From contig MFKT01000021.1 in assembly GCA_001781125.1 (NCBI GenBank), positions 5,178 to 69,177 on the forward strand: a DNA stretch of 64,000 bases, read 5' to 3'. Shown here piece by piece: positions 63,504-64,000 of this stretch. Every line of letters begins with the position of its first letter. Positions within the stretch are counted from its first letter, which is position 1. The notes under the pieces are model-generated. The model was not told the origin of the DNA. It worked only from the letters and a program-made list of their open reading frames with translations, and did no database searches. The translations under genes and the position numbers were made by a program. This DNA is from Candidatus Kaiserbacteria bacterium RIFCSPHIGHO2_01_FULL_53_29. GTDB lineage: Bacteria > Patescibacteriota > Minisyncoccia > Phycocordibacterales > UBA2100.

Positions 63504-64000
63504 TGGATATACGCAATCTTCCGGTAGATCTCGACGCTTTCGGGCGCGTCTCGAAGCGGCGTGCTCTGATCGAAAAAGAATTGGATATTGATCTCTCTGC
63601 ACTGCAGATCTCTTCCCGACAGATCGGCACTGCCGATGAAAAAAACTGCGAGCAGATGTTTGGAGCGGTTCCGATACCGATCGGACTCGCTGGCCCGCTT
63701 CTCATCCATTTCAGTACAGGGGAAGAGCACTCCGTGTACTTGCCGCTTGCGACGACCGAAGGTGCTTTGGTTGCAAGTATTAATCGCGGATGCAAAGCGC
63801 TGACGGAAGCGGGCGGCGTCCGTGTTGCATCCGAATACGTCGGTATCACGCGCTCGATTGCATTTGAAGTCAAGGATGGAAAAGAAATCTCCGGAAAAAT
63901 CCGCGAACGTGAAGAAGAATGGAAAAAGATCGCGGAAGCGACGAGCAGTCACCTAAAGATACTTTCCTATGAGATCGATACGCGTGAAGATGTTTTGTTC
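63504..64000 (+). CDS. HMG-CoA reductase (partial; runs off the window end)
   Basis: From ATG 63504: ...EKNCEQMFGAVPIPIGLAGPLLIHFSTGEEHSVYLPLATTEGALVASINRGCKALTEAGG, characteristic of HMGR. Not in the ORF track because no stop lies within the window. Confidence 0.6.

Overview
This 64-kb window comes from a roughly 55-60% GC bacterial genome; the GC figure is estimated by eye. The gene content is consistent with a small-genome, surface-protein-rich organism of the Patescibacteria/CPR type, but that placement is inference, not established. I found no rRNA, tRNA or CRISPR array. Most genes lie on the + strand in short operons.

Gene content, from start to end: a secreted parallel beta-helix protein; a giant surface protein with hyalin-repeat (HYR), DUF11 and peptidoglycan-binding domains, plus a small neighbour sharing its C-terminal tail; a processive family-2 glycosyltransferase; an S8 subtilase; a CAP-domain protein; a 758-aa collagen-like protein; a type IV pilus locus (pilB, pilC, five prepilin-like genes including one fused to an LVIVD beta-propeller) with a PaaX-like regulator flanked by palindromic operator-like sites; three eukaryote-type phosphomannomutase-like HAD paralogues; an archaeal-flavoured alpha-glucan cluster (GT4 synthase, GH57, GH15, cupin-type glucose-6-phosphate isomerase, ROK kinase); a dTMP cluster (glyA, tmk, dCMP deaminase, thyA, dcd, folA); a purine cluster (purS-purL fusion, purQ, HAD, purE, purM, purC, purB) and a stand-alone IMP-cyclohydrolase domain; an ABC-2 exporter; a two-component system; an SPFH protein; a cytidylyltransferase; DUF378; a SWIB protein; a ParE/RelE toxin-antitoxin pair; glnA-amt; and uppS with mevalonate-pathway genes (GHMP kinase, diphosphomevalonate decarboxylase, partial HMG-CoA reductase).

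The most unusual content is mobile and repeat DNA:
- Two unrelated families of roughly 115-135-bp MITE-like elements with terminal inverted repeats and 3-4-bp target-site duplications. All five copies sit exactly on start codons of downstream genes.
- Two REPtrons, each an IS200-like Y1/RAYT transposase flanked by its own palindromic REP hairpins.
- Two cases where a small cassette is flanked by a diverged duplicate of the 3' end of the neighbouring gene.
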